Virus record (IMG/VR): IMGVR_UViG_3300009702_000026
Span: 1,718-65,717 of that record
Length of the DNA stretch: 64,000 nucleotides
Origin: a virus
Reading direction: 5' to 3' (one strand)
The translations under genes and the position numbers were made by a program. Positions 53,471 through 64,000 of the stretch are shown here, piece after piece. The notes under the pieces are model-generated. The model searched no databases, was not told the origin of the DNA, and saw only the letters and a list, made by a program, of their open reading frames with translations. Position 1 is the first letter of the stretch, and each line of letters opens with the position of its first letter.

Positions 53471-55483
53471 ATGACCGTCGAGTGGAAGAACGGGCACAGC
53501 CGTTCGCTCCGAACGGATGAGGAAGCTGCGAGCCTGCTCCAACAGGACGTTGAGACGCTATCCCCCGAGGAGCGCGAGGTCGTCGAGCTGATCTTGAACG
53601 GGCTCCACGACTCCGAGGGCGGCGCGGTGCTCCTGAAGACCATCAAGGAGCTGGAGTGGATCCGAACGCCGGTGTCGATGGAGGAGTTCGTGATGAACCC
53701 CTACTACCTCGGCAACACGTGCGACAATCTCTACCCGCGCCTGCTCGAAGACATGAGGGCGCTGTTCGATGGGGACTACCGCGAGGCGGTCTTCACTGGA
53801 GCGATCGGCTGGGGGAAGACATTCTCCGCGTCGATTGGAGTTTGTTACCTGCTCTACCTGTTGAGCTGCATGAGGGACCCGCATCGGTCCTTCGGCATCG
53901 CGGCCAACTCCAACATCTCGATCGTCTGTCTCTCGGTCAACGAGGTCCTCGCCACCAAGGTGGCCTACGAGAACATCGCGACGAAGATCGAGGCGAGCCC
54001 GTACTTCCAGCAACACTTCCCGTTCGAGAAGACGAAGAAGGAGCTTCGCTTCCCGAAGAAGGTCTGGGTCGCGGCGCGCACCTCGAACGACGGGTCGGTT
54101 CTAGGACTCAACGTGATCGGTGGACTTCTCGACGAGACCAACTTCATGCCGACGCGCGGGAAGAAGTCCGACCCGAGGTTCAATCTCGAAGACCGGGCCG
54201 AGACCCTCTACAACGCGATGCAGCGTCGGATGAAGTCGCGCTTCGGGCGCAAGGGGCGACTGCCTGGCCTCCTCTTCGTTGTCTCGTCGAAGCAGACCTC
54301 TGACGACTTCACTGCCAAGCGAATCGAGGAGGCCAAGGGCGATCCCACCATCTTCGTGCGAGATTACGCGCTCTGGGACGTCAAGCCGGAGGCTTACTAC
54401 TCGGGCAAGTGGTTCCACGTCGTTGTGGGGGACGACAGCTCTCCGAGTCGTATCCTCAAGGAGGATGAGGACCCGGACCTCGTGCGCGTGACGCTCTCGG
54501 ACGGGTGCGTCCTCATCAAGGTCCCGGACGACTTCAAGCAGGACTTCGAGCAGAACCTCGAAGGCGCCATTCGCGACCTGGCAGGTGTCGCGACAGTAGC
54601 GATCAGCCCGTACATTCAGCGGCGAGACAAGATCCAGGAAGCGATCGACACGAATCGGTCGCACCCCGTCAGCGTGGAATCCTGGGACCCCTCGCAGCCG
54701 ATGCAGCTCTATTGGAGCAAGCTCGTCGGCCCCAACACGCAGCCGGGTATCCCTGACGTGTTGGAGCGACCTCTCCTGAACCCCAGTGCTCCTCGGCACA
54801 TCCACATCGACCCCTCGCTTCGGGGGGACTCGACCGGGTTCGCGATGGGGCACGTGGCAGGGTTCACCGAGGTCGTTCGTCGGGACGATGAGGGCAACCG
54901 GTTCCCTGAGCGGGCGCCTGTCATCGTTGTCGACCTGGCTCTGAGGATCGTTCCGCCCATCGGTGGGGAGATCATCTTGGGGGACGTGCGGCGTCTGGTG
55001 TACCAGCTCTCGAAGCGGGGCTTCATGATCACCAGCGTGTCGCTCGACTCCTGGAACTCGGCGGACGCGATTCAGAAACTCAACCAGCGAGGCTTCAACG
55101 CGATTCAGCTCTCGGTGGACCGGACGATGGCCCCCTACGACCTGTTGAAGACCTCGCTGTACGAGGGGCGGATCCACTTCTACGAGTACAGGCCGCTGAT
55201 CAAGGAGCTACAGGAGCTAGAGCATGACCGCGTCAAGCGGAAGGTCGACCATCCCCAGAAGGGCTCGAAGGATGTTTCGGATGCAGTGGCGGGAATCGTT
55301 TACACGCTGACCGAAAACTCCCAGTACATGCCCCTGCCCATGATGAAGAGCATCCCGAAGACAGGGGACATGTGGATGGCTGAGCACCAACAGGCGGCTC
55401 TCGCGGGGGCGCACGGGAGCCCGGGTGCGCCGGATTTGTCTCCCGACACGCTACTCCCTCCGTTCCTGGTAGGCTCCGGATAA
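53471..55483 (+). CDS. terL: terminase large subunit
   Basis: FTGAIGWGKT, GLLDETNF, HIDPS...DSTGFAMGH, VSLDSWNS, VDHP..GSKDVSDAVAG. Confidence 0.9.
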   Translation: MTVEWKNGHSRSLRTDEEAASLLQQDVETLSPEEREVVELILNGLHDSEGGAVLLKTIKELEWIRTPVSMEEFVMNPYYLGNTCDNLYPRLLEDMRALFDGDYREAVFTGAIGWGKTFSASIGVCYLLYLLSCMRDPHRSFGIAANSNISIVCLSVNEVLATKVAYENIATKIEASPYFQQHFPFEKTKKELRFPKKVWVAARTSNDGSVLGLNVIGGLLDETNFMPTRGKKSDPRFNLEDRAETLYNAMQRRMKSRFGRKGRLPGLLFVVSSKQTSDDFTAKRIEEAKGDPTIFVRDYALWDVKPEAYYSGKWFHVVVGDDSSPSRILKEDEDPDLVRVTLSDGCVLIKVPDDFKQDFEQNLEGAIRDLAGVATVAISPYIQRRDKIQEAIDTNRSHPVSVESWDPSQPMQLYWSKLVGPNTQPGIPDVLERPLLNPSAPRHIHIDPSLRGDSTGFAMGHVAGFTEVVRRDDEGNRFPERAPVIVVDLALRIVPPIGGEIILGDVRRLVYQLSKRGFMITSVSLDSWNSADAIQKLNQRGFNAIQLSVDRTMAPYDLLKTSLYEGRIHFYEYRPLIKELQELEHDRVKRKVDHPQKGSKDVSDAVAGIVYTLTENSQYMPLPMMKSIPKTGDMWMAEHQQAALAGAHGSPGAPDLSPDTLLPPFLVGSG

Positions 55484-55488
55484 CTCGC

Positions 55489-55845
55489 ATGGTAGAGAGA
55501 ACGATGGTGAAAGACCTCAAGGACCAGTTGGAGGACGTGTTCGGCGGCGGAGGCCAGGTGGCCCCCGGTGGCACGGGCGCGGTTCTCACGAAGCCCTCGG
55601 GGATCGACATGGAGTTGGCCACGCAGCTCCTCAAGCAGATGTCTCTCGATGCGGTCTTTCGAGATCTCGGGGCGGTAGCTGCACGCGAGGTGGCGGACGA
55701 GATGGACCGTCACGCTCTCAAGCCCTCGGACTTCGCCAACCTCCCCGACTTCCCAATGGTCGTCGCGAAGCGTATCGTTGCGCGCCTGGTCGGGTCCGAA
55801 GAGTTTTCCCGATCTCTCCAGAAGTACCTTGGGATGAGGGGCTGA
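55489..55845 (+). CDS. hypothetical protein in the head module
   Basis: 118 aa between TerL and portal. Confidence 0.7.
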   Translation: MVERTMVKDLKDQLEDVFGGGGQVAPGGTGAVLTKPSGIDMELATQLLKQMSLDAVFRDLGAVAAREVADEMDRHALKPSDFANLPDFPMVVAKRIVARLVGSEEFSRSLQKYLGMRG

Positions 55846-55846
55846 C

Positions 55847-58654
55847 GTGGGAGCTGTTCAGAACGTAGTCGACCGCCTTCGTCAGGCATTTGTCCTCGAC
55901 AAGGAGCGCGGCGGAGAACTACTCGCGAAGGGCTCGACCTCCCCCTCGTACCCGGACTCTGGGTATGACCTACTCCAGGCCTATGGGTACGATGCGCTCT
56001 CGGACTACCTGCGGTTGGAGCACGACCTCCTCAGCCGCTACGTCGACTACGAGGAGATGGACGACTATCCGGAGGTGGCCTGTCTTGCGGGGGAGTCGGC
56101 GGTGTTCACCCTGGAAGGCGGCTGGCAGCGCATCGAGGCCCTCCCAGGGCAGGACTTCCATGTGTTGTCCTACGATCGGGTGAGGCGGTCGCTCGTGCCG
56201 GCTAAGGCGCGAGTGGCCCAGCGCACCGGAAAAGCAGGGCACAACAAGTCGATGGTCCGGGTCGTGCTCGATGACGGCTCAGCTATTCGCTGCACGGCCG
56301 ACCACCTGTTCCTCACCAAGGAGGGGGCTTGGGTCGAGGCAGGGAAGCTCGGAACGGGCCAGCGTCTTATGCCGGGTGCTGCGCGTCTACGCGCGCTCAA
56401 CGGGGCGGACGGCCTTTGCTACTGGCAGGTCCATCAGCCCCATGCGGACTCACAGGTACGGGCTGCGGATGGTCGTCGGTGGACCTGGGTCCATCGCCTT
56501 GTAGGCGAGGAGCTGTTGCGAGTAGCGCCGGGGGCGGGCGACATTCTTCACCATCGAGACCACAACCCGCTCAACAACGCCCCATCGAATCTGTCAGTCG
56601 AGGGCTTCGCATCTCACGCGCAGGAGCACATCGCAAAGCTCGATAATCGCGCGTACTTCCCGGAGTGGACTCCAGAACGGCGGGAAGCCCGCGCGAAGAG
56701 GATGCGAGGGAACTCCTTCTCGAAGGGCTGCAAGAGGTCCGAGGCCCACAAGGGGGCGATCGCGAAGGCGGCCAGGCGCCCGAAGAGCACGGAGCACCGT
56801 CATCGCATCGGCAAGGCGCAACCGAATAGGATCGACATCCCACGCGAGCGGGTCGAGGCGGCTATTCAGGGTGCGCCTACTCTGGCGGGTGCGGCGCGGG
56901 AGCTTGGGGTCTCGTGGTCCTGGGTGAAGCGGAAGGCGGTGCAGTGGGATCTTCAGGCCGACAGCGCCAACCATCGGGTGCTCCGGGTGGAGGTCCTTGA
57001 AGAGCGGCCGGACGTTTACGACATCGAGGTCCCGGGTTATCGGAACTTCGTGTGTAACGGGGTCGTGGTCCACAACTCCGCGGTGGACATCTACGCCGAC
57101 GACGCCTCGCAGCCGGATACCTCTCTCGGGCGCACGGTGTGGGTCACGAGCAAGGATCGGACGCTCCAGGGGGTTCTCGACGATCTGTTCCACAAGCGGC
57201 TGCGGCTCGACGAGGAAATCTGGGAGATCACTCGCAGCCTCGTGAAGTACGGCAACGACTACGAGGAGATGTTGGTCACCAACGATGGGGTGGTTGGCCT
57301 CAACTTCCTCCCGGCGCCCACGGTGCGGCGTGTCGAGGGTCCGCGCGGGGAGCTGTACGGTTTCGTTCAGGACTTCAAGGGCCGCTTCGGGTACTCGCCT
57401 CAGGAGTTCCAGAAGATTCTCGCGCAGCGAACGGACGCGATCCGGAACATGGCTCAGCCGGGGACCGCGAAGCAGCCGGGGAACATGCTCCAGCGGGTTT
57501 CCGCGATGGAGCCCTGGGAGGTATCGCACTTCCGTCTTCGCGGGAAGCACCGTCGGAGCATCTACGGGTACTCGGTGCTCGAACCTGTTCGGTGGATCTG
57601 GAAGCGGCTGATGCTGCTCGAAGATGCTGCGATGATCTACCGGCTCCAGCGCGCGCCGGAGCGGTTCGCGTTCTACGTGGACGTCGGAGATCTCCCGCCC
57701 GCGGAGGCGTTGGCGTTCGTCAACAAGATCCGTCAGCAGCACAAGAAGAAGCGCTTCGTGAACCCCTCGACGGGGAAACTCGACTTGAAGTTCGAGCCAC
57801 TCAGTCAGGACGACGACTTTTACGTGCCCGTGCGCAAGGGTGTGGAAGGTACGAGGATCGAGGTCCTCGGGGGTCCGAGCTGGCAGCACATGGACGACGT
57901 CGAGTACTTCCAGAAGAAGATGTTCTCCGGGCTCAAGGTCCCGAAGGCCTATCTCGCTCAGGACGAGTCGGCGGCTCGGGCGGTGCTCTCCTCGGAGGAT
58001 GTTCGGTTCGCTCGATCCGTCCTTCGGGTTCAGCGGGAGGTGAAGAACGGCCTGCGGAAGATCGCCCGTACTCACCTGGCCGCGCTGAATATCGACCCCT
58101 ACGCCGTCGAGTACGACATCCACATGACGGTCCCGTCGGCGATTTTCGAGCTTGCCCAGTTGGAGGTTCGGAACGCTCGGGCGGACCTAGCGTCCCGCAT
58201 GAAGGAGCACGTTTCCCTTCGCTGGGTGCTCACCAACGTCTACCAGCTCGCCGATGAGGACATCGAGACGGTCCTCAAGGAGCGCTCGGATGACATCAAG
58301 CGGGAGGGCGCGGCTACTGCCGAGGCTGAGAAGATGAGCCTCCGAGCGAACGCCGAGGTCGAGCGCGAGAACGCCGCTCAGGCCGGTGGAGGCGGTGGGG
58401 GTGGAGCGGCTCCTCGGTTCGCTCATGCGGGCACTCCCAAGGGTATGAAGCTCCTGGAGGCCAAGCTCGCTACCTTGCCCGATCGAATCCGGCGTAGTAT
58501 CTCAGAGTCCGAGATGAGCCGAGGATCACGAGAAGGCGAGAAGCGAGCCAACGACAAGTTGGACCGGCTCCTTCGATCCAACGATCAGCAGGTACGCAGG
58601 ATTCGGGAAGTTGGGGCCCTTCTACGCGACGTAGCGGACGCCACGAGGCGATGA
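55847..58654 (+). CDS. portal protein (T4 gp20-like) with intein
   Basis: YEEMDDYPEVA/SAVDIYADD, LLEDAAMIYRLQRAPERFAFYVDVGDLP, DDFYVP.RKG..GT.IEVL.G, DDVEYFQKK...LKVP. Confidence 0.93.
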   Translation: MGAVQNVVDRLRQAFVLDKERGGELLAKGSTSPSYPDSGYDLLQAYGYDALSDYLRLEHDLLSRYVDYEEMDDYPEVACLAGESAVFTLEGGWQRIEALPGQDFHVLSYDRVRRSLVPAKARVAQRTGKAGHNKSMVRVVLDDGSAIRCTADHLFLTKEGAWVEAGKLGTGQRLMPGAARLRALNGADGLCYWQVHQPHADSQVRAADGRRWTWVHRLVGEELLRVAPGAGDILHHRDHNPLNNAPSNLSVEGFASHAQEHIAKLDNRAYFPEWTPERREARAKRMRGNSFSKGCKRSEAHKGAIAKAARRPKSTEHRHRIGKAQPNRIDIPRERVEAAIQGAPTLAGAARELGVSWSWVKRKAVQWDLQADSANHRVLRVEVLEERPDVYDIEVPGYRNFVCNGVVVHNSAVDIYADDASQPDTSLGRTVWVTSKDRTLQGVLDDLFHKRLRLDEEIWEITRSLVKYGNDYEEMLVTNDGVVGLNFLPAPTVRRVEGPRGELYGFVQDFKGRFGYSPQEFQKILAQRTDAIRNMAQPGTAKQPGNMLQRVSAMEPWEVSHFRLRGKHRRSIYGYSVLEPVRWIWKRLMLLEDAAMIYRLQRAPERFAFYVDVGDLPPAEALAFVNKIRQQHKKKRFVNPSTGKLDLKFEPLSQDDDFYVPVRKGVEGTRIEVLGGPSWQHMDDVEYFQKKMFSGLKVPKAYLAQDESAARAVLSSEDVRFARSVLRVQREVKNGLRKIARTHLAALNIDPYAVEYDIHMTVPSAIFELAQLEVRNARADLASRMKEHVSLRWVLTNVYQLADEDIETVLKERSDDIKREGAATAEAEKMSLRANAEVERENAAQAGGGGGGGAAPRFAHAGTPKGMKLLEAKLATLPDRIRRSISESEMSRGSREGEKRANDKLDRLLRSNDQQVRRIREVGALLRDVADATRR
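56081..57076 (+). mobile_element. intein with HNH homing endonuclease in the portal protein
   Basis: 332 aa CLAGES...CTADHLF...VYDIEVPGYRNFVCNGVVVHN, then Ser; VHRLV...ILHHRDHNPLNNAPSNL HNH plus NUMOD3-like basic repeats. Confidence 0.92.
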
Positions 58655-58673
58655 TCTGATCGCCCTCCGTTTC

Positions 58674-58700
58674 TTGACAGCGAAATAGCAACCATATAAC
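58674..58700 (+). promoter_or_regulatory. sigma70-like promoter
   Basis: TTGACA(58674) with TATAAC at 58695-58700 in an AT-rich gap. Confidence 0.55.
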
Positions 58701-58710
58701 GTCGGCAAAG

Positions 58711-59631
58711 ATGATCACGATCCAAAAACTCGTTCCCGCCTCCGAACTTCGTCGGATCAGCACAGGGTCCTACGAGGAGAAGATCGAAGCGGTGCGCGGA
58801 GTCGTCGTGGACCACCTTCGTGAGGTTCTTGGGACCTCCGAGGTCAAGGTCGTCGCCACCCACAGCGACCATGTGGTCGCACATGCGGGGGGTTGCTTCC
58901 ACCGGGTGGACCTCAAAACGTCCGACAAGGGGGCTACACGGGTGGTTGACGTGGGGGCTCTCCAGGTCGAGACCTACGAAGAGCCGACCAAGTTTGCCAC
59001 CAAGGAGGCTGAGCGGGTCGTTGACCTCTTCTTCCACGGTGCCGTGGACCAGGCACAGGAGAAGCTGGTTGGCATCATCCCCCTGGTCATCACTGACCAG
59101 AAGCGGGATGAGGACCAGCGGGTTGAGGGCGTCGAGGAGCTGATCGGGGCTGACCGGCCTTGGCGCACGCTCTTCGAGGAGCGCTCCGCCCAGCTCAAGG
59201 AGTTCATTCTCGACGAGCTGGAGGTCCTGGAAGCCCACCGGCCCCAGCCCAAATACCGGGCTCTCTACGAGGGGTCGATCGACGAGAGCAAGCTCGGCAG
59301 CTATGCTGACCTGGTCGAAGAGGACCTGGAGATCATGCTGGATCGCATCGAGGCTGTTCGGGAGACGACGCTGACCGCGTTCAAGCGCGCACGTCCAGCT
59401 CTTCGGGAGTCGGGGGACGATGAGGTCTTCCCGATGTACGAGCAGTTCGCTGTCGACTTGATCGACGACCTCGGTACTGTACACGAGGCGGGATCGAGGG
59501 CAGCGTTTGAGATCGAAGACGTAGGCTGTCGTGGTAAACTCCGCGACAGGCTTGCAGAATCGATCCACAACTATGAGGTCGCGAGTCGTTTCGTCGTCGC
59601 GGTAGCACAGCGCCTTACGGCCGAGGTTTAG
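58711..59631 (+). CDS. head-module hypothetical protein (helical)
   Basis: 306 aa between portal and protease. Confidence 0.75.
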   Translation: MITIQKLVPASELRRISTGSYEEKIEAVRGVVVDHLREVLGTSEVKVVATHSDHVVAHAGGCFHRVDLKTSDKGATRVVDVGALQVETYEEPTKFATKEAERVVDLFFHGAVDQAQEKLVGIIPLVITDQKRDEDQRVEGVEELIGADRPWRTLFEERSAQLKEFILDELEVLEAHRPQPKYRALYEGSIDESKLGSYADLVEEDLEIMLDRIEAVRETTLTAFKRARPALRESGDDEVFPMYEQFAVDLIDDLGTVHEAGSRAAFEIEDVGCRGKLRDRLAESIHNYEVASRFVVAVAQRLTAEV

Positions 59632-59640
59632 GAGAAACAC

Positions 59641-60648
<1,008 letters not shown>

Positions 60649-60653
60649 AGTCG

Positions 60654-60881
60654 GTGAAGCCACGGAGTCCCTTGAAGAAGGGCTCTTGGCGGCGCCGACG
60701 CTCAGCATATTCCTCGGGGCGTAAGGAGATGATCGGAGTGGAGAAGAGTTCTGTGAAGCGGAAGACGCGGAAGGTGGGCGATGGATCGCCGGCCTTCGAT
60801 CGTTCAAACTTCAAAGGCTCTCTCGGCCCCGCTCTCAAGCACACCCCTTTCAAGTCCAACTTTCGGTGGAGGCGTTACTGA
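60654..60881 (+). CDS. small basic hypothetical protein
   Basis: 75 aa, K/R-rich, TGATG-coupled to the protease gene. Confidence 0.45.
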   Translation: MKPRSPLKKGSWRRRRSAYSSGRKEMIGVEKSSVKRKTRKVGDGSPAFDRSNFKGSLGPALKHTPFKSNFRWRRY

Positions 60882-62893
60882 TGGGTCAGATGCTCACCGC
60901 AGCCGACAAGCAGAAGATTCTCGATGAGCTGAAGCTGATCGACGAGCAGGTCTCACACACCACCCTTGACTTGGTCGAGGGTGAGGGTGCTCAGGCAGGG
61001 AGGATCTACGCACGTGGGGAGTTTGGCCATGCCGGCAAGCCCACTGCGAACGGTCGCTTCTACCCGCCGCAGATCTGGGAATCGAACATCCGGCGGCTCT
61101 CTGCGAACCTCTCGGAGCGCAAGGTGCTTGGGGAGCTGGACCACCCTTCCGATGGGCGAACGGCTCTCCAGCGTGCCTCGCACGTGATCACCGATCTTCG
61201 GCTCGAAGGTGATCGTGTCATCGGCGAAGCCGAGATCCTCAACACCAGCAAGGGCCGCGACCTGAAGGCCATCCTCGAAGCTGGGGTCCCCGTGGGCATT
61301 AGCTCCCGGGGGTATGGCTCGACCAAGACGGACGGTAAGGGTAAGGACGTGGTCCAAGAGGACTACAAGCTCGTCACGTTCGACTTCGTTGCGGAGCCTG
61401 CGGACAGCACGGCATACCCGGATGTCTTTTTCGAGGGTGTCGAGTTCCCGGCGGAGGCGAAGATGGACGAGAGCACGAAGATGGACGAGGCGAAGAACGA
61501 GTACCTCACCTTCGTTGGTGAGCACGATGGTGCGCAGACCGGCCCCGCCGCTCACTTCCTGAGCAGTTGGCGTCGCGACTCCAACGCTTTGAAGGCGATC
61601 AAGATGGCGATGAAGGGTGAGTCAGCGTCCTTCGAGGGTCCCCGCGGTCAGATCACCTTCCGGCCTGCGACTCCCAAGGAAATCTCGGACTTCAAGAAGA
61701 AGCATGAGGACGAGCAGCTCTCTGGTGAGTCTCTCGAAGAGAGCATGGCCTCGCAGATCAGCGCCATGAGCGACGAGGAGAAGGCGCTCGCGCGGCGCTT
61801 CTTGGACGTGGCTTACGGTACTGAGACCACGAACGAGGGCAAGAGCGTCGAAGCGAAGATGAAGGCCAAGGGCTACCACTACAAGATCCCGTTGGATCCG
61901 AAGGACGGTGAGCCTCTCTACGCAAAGACCCCGCAACACGCCACGAAGATGGCGCGGGAATACGGGATCGACCCCACCAGGATCACGAAGCTGGAGGACG
62001 TCAACACGGAGGCTCTCAAGAAAGAGTTCAGTGCTCAGATCCTCTCGAAGATTGGTGCCATGCGTGGCGACCTCGAAGAGGAGATCCGACGCGAGATGCT
62101 GGCCGACCCTGAGGTCGGTGGCGCGAAGGGCGCGATGGAGCAGGTCGCACGTATCCTCCGCCCCTACCTCCTACCGGAGGACGTCGGCGAGGTTGTGGAG
62201 TCCAAGGACGCGGAGATCGCTGCACTCCAGCGCCAAGTGCAGGAGCAGGAGCTTCGGCATAAGGAGCTGGAGGGCTTGGTCGAGAAACTCGCTACGGCGG
62301 CCAAGGAGTCCGGCTACAAGTACCATCTGGAGCGCTTGGTCTCCGGGGAGTCCGAGGCCGACCTCGTGCGCGCGCTCGTGGGCGACGTGACCCAGTACGA
62401 GAGCGCCGACGAGATCACGACCAAGGTCGAGGAGGCCCGGGAGCAGGCTGATTCTCGCCACCTCGAAGAGGAGAAGGTCACCCGGGTGCATTCGGCTCAT
62501 ACGACGCGGCTGGAGGAGAAGACCACGCAGCTCGCCGAGGGTCTGGAAGAGGCTTTGGGGGTGAACAAGCAGCTCGCGCTGCGTCTCTACGCGGCCGAGA
62601 GGTTGCAAACTCATCCCAAGGCTGCGAAGATCCATCGCATGTTGGAGAGCACCGGTTACCACTCCCAGGATCAGATCGACGATCTGATCGAAGAGTTCCG
62701 TGAGCCGGTGCGCGACCGTGATGATCTCGACGACATCCGCAGCCGTATCCGATCGAAACTCCAGGGTGGCTCTGAGTACATCCAGGAGGACACTCGTCGT
62801 AGCCCGCGCTCTGGTGAAAGAGCCGGCAACTACAATGGTCTGGGCATGTCGCTCGGTCAGCTCAAGCATCTCGCAGGGCTGGACAACAGGTAA
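60881..62893 (+). CDS. prohead protease (T4 gp21-like) fused to a scaffold-like domain
   Basis: NGRFYP, LGELDHP, SHVITDL, VGISSRGYGS, DYKLVTFDFVAEPA; long coiled-coil acidic C-terminal half. Confidence 0.92.
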   Translation: MGQMLTAADKQKILDELKLIDEQVSHTTLDLVEGEGAQAGRIYARGEFGHAGKPTANGRFYPPQIWESNIRRLSANLSERKVLGELDHPSDGRTALQRASHVITDLRLEGDRVIGEAEILNTSKGRDLKAILEAGVPVGISSRGYGSTKTDGKGKDVVQEDYKLVTFDFVAEPADSTAYPDVFFEGVEFPAEAKMDESTKMDEAKNEYLTFVGEHDGAQTGPAAHFLSSWRRDSNALKAIKMAMKGESASFEGPRGQITFRPATPKEISDFKKKHEDEQLSGESLEESMASQISAMSDEEKALARRFLDVAYGTETTNEGKSVEAKMKAKGYHYKIPLDPKDGEPLYAKTPQHATKMAREYGIDPTRITKLEDVNTEALKKEFSAQILSKIGAMRGDLEEEIRREMLADPEVGGAKGAMEQVARILRPYLLPEDVGEVVESKDAEIAALQRQVQEQELRHKELEGLVEKLATAAKESGYKYHLERLVSGESEADLVRALVGDVTQYESADEITTKVEEAREQADSRHLEEEKVTRVHSAHTTRLEEKTTQLAEGLEEALGVNKQLALRLYAAERLQTHPKAAKIHRMLESTGYHSQDQIDDLIEEFREPVRDRDDLDDIRSRIRSKLQGGSEYIQEDTRRSPRSGERAGNYNGLGMSLGQLKHLAGLDNR

Positions 62894-62944
62894 AACAGGA
62901 TCAAGGCGGACGACCCGCCTGAATGGAACCATAGGAGGCAAACA

Positions 62945-64000
62945 GTGACGGAAGCACGACAGATGCTCCAGGAAGAGGGTCGTCGCACCATCGCCGACCA
63001 GTCCTACGTAGGAGCGCTCATCCGCAAGTGGGGCGATTTCCTCGAAGGGCTGCCCGACACGACCGAGCAGGACCGGTACATCCTCGGATGCACCGCGATG
63101 CTCATGGAGAACGAGTCGATCTGGCTCCAGGGCCTCACCGAGGAAACTCGGACGGTCAACGTCGGATCGTTCACGAAGTTCATCTTCCCTGTGTTGAGGC
63201 GGGTCTTCCCGAACCTCATCGCGAATGAGATCGTCTCGGTTCAGCCGATGACGGCGCCCATCGGCGCGGTGTTCTTCCTCGACTACGTCTACGGGTCGAC
63301 CAAGGGCGGCACGCAGGCCGGGGCTGTGTTCCCGCGCGACTTCGACCGAGACTACTCGGGCGAGTTTGTGAATGGCGAGCCGCTTGCGGCAGGTGACGGC
63401 ACCAACTTCGGTGGTGCGGGATCCTCGCTCGGCGCGACTCTCGCGTGGACTCCGGTCCGTCCTCTCGACAGCGGCCGAGGCTTCTCGGTTGTCTTGCGCG
63501 AGGTCGACAGCACCGGCGCGACCGTCCAGGAGGCGACCTTCGACGCGGCTGGCACGGGTGTGAGTGGCGATGCGTCGGCGGGCACGCTCAACCACGCCAA
63601 CGGCGCTCTCACCGGGTTCTTGTTCACGGCAGCTCCGGCGTCCGGGAACCAGATCAAGGCGTACTACTACTACGACGGCGAGCTGAACACGAAGGTGCCG
63701 GAGATCCGGCTCGACGTGAAGAAGTCGCCCGTCGAGGCCATCCCACGTCGGCTGAAGGCCCTCTGGTCCTCCGAGGCCGCCGAGGACCTCCGTGCCTTCC
63801 ACGGGCTGGATGCGGAGACCGAGATCGTTTCGATCATCGCGCAAGAGATTGCGCTGGAGATCGACCGCGAGATCATCAACGACCTCTTCCTCAGCTCGAC
63901 CGGCACCACCGGCGCGTTCAACCGTGTGCCGCCCGGCGGCATCTCCGAGATCGACCACCTCCGGGCGCTGATCACGCAGATCAGCACGGTCTCGAACCTC
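62945..64000 (+). CDS. major capsid protein (T4 gp23-like), truncated by window end
   Basis: GTG after AGGAGG; FPVLRRVFPNLIANEIVSVQPMTAP.G.VFFLDYVY; RRLKALWS.EAAEDLRAFHGLDAE.E...EIALEIDREII. Confidence 0.95.
   Translation, partial: MTEARQMLQEEGRRTIADQSYVGALIRKWGDFLEGLPDTTEQDRYILGCTAMLMENESIWLQGLTEETRTVNVGSFTKFIFPVLRRVFPNLIANEIVSVQPMTAPIGAVFFLDYVYGSTKGGTQAGAVFPRDFDRDYSGEFVNGEPLAAGDGTNFGGAGSSLGATLAWTPVRPLDSGRGFSVVLREVDSTGATVQEATFDAAGTGVSGDASAGTLNHANGALTGFLFTAAPASGNQIKAYYYYDGELNTKVPEIRLDVKKSPVEAIPRRLKALWSSEAAEDLRAFHGLDAETEIVSIIAQEIALEIDREIINDLFLSSTGTTGAFNRVPPGGISEIDHLRALITQISTVSNL

Noticed and set aside
61460-61500. GAAGATGGACGAG direct repeat as target-site duplication of a mobile element
   Set aside because: The copies are adjacent (18-nt period) within the reading frame with nothing inserted between them; no transposase or integrase in the window.

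Overview
GC-rich (roughly 65% by eye, not computed) segment of a large tailed dsDNA phage genome. Genes are densely packed, almost all on the + strand, and often translationally coupled. In order: (i) 1-7.3 kb, hypotheticals plus a cassette of probable virion fibre/decoration proteins and a thermonuclease; (ii) 7.3-24.5 kb, accessory genes (many small Zn-binding hypotheticals, AAA+ ATPase, GH25-like hydrolase, NADAR-derived fusion, family-4 UDG, KhpA-like KH protein, MoxR AAA + VWA pair, lipoprotein); (iii) 24.5-41.3 kb, replication/recombination (HTH initiator with internal iterons, DnaC-like loader, DnaB, DnaG, SSBs, SF2 helicase, RecA, PD-(D/E)xK and Cas4-like nucleases, RuvC, ParB-like); (iv) a 2082-aa multidomain protein (novel-looking repeats, atypical kinase, ART-like tip) with a small downstream partner, a histone-like protein and an intein-containing family A DNA polymerase; (v) 52.8-64 kb, a T4-like packaging/head module (TerS candidate, TerL, intein-containing portal, protease-scaffold fusion, gp23-type major capsid running off the window). 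Best leads: the giant repeat-kinase-ART protein and its partner, a ~200-nt structured RNA leader upstream of the initiator, an AGGACA-N4-TGTCCT palindrome shared by the initiator gene and the polA promoter, a recurrent promoter-hairpin-SD leader design, and SSB-type acidic-PF tails on several non-canonical proteins. I recognised no tRNA, rRNA or CRISPR array. All family assignments come from motif recognition by eye, not database searches.
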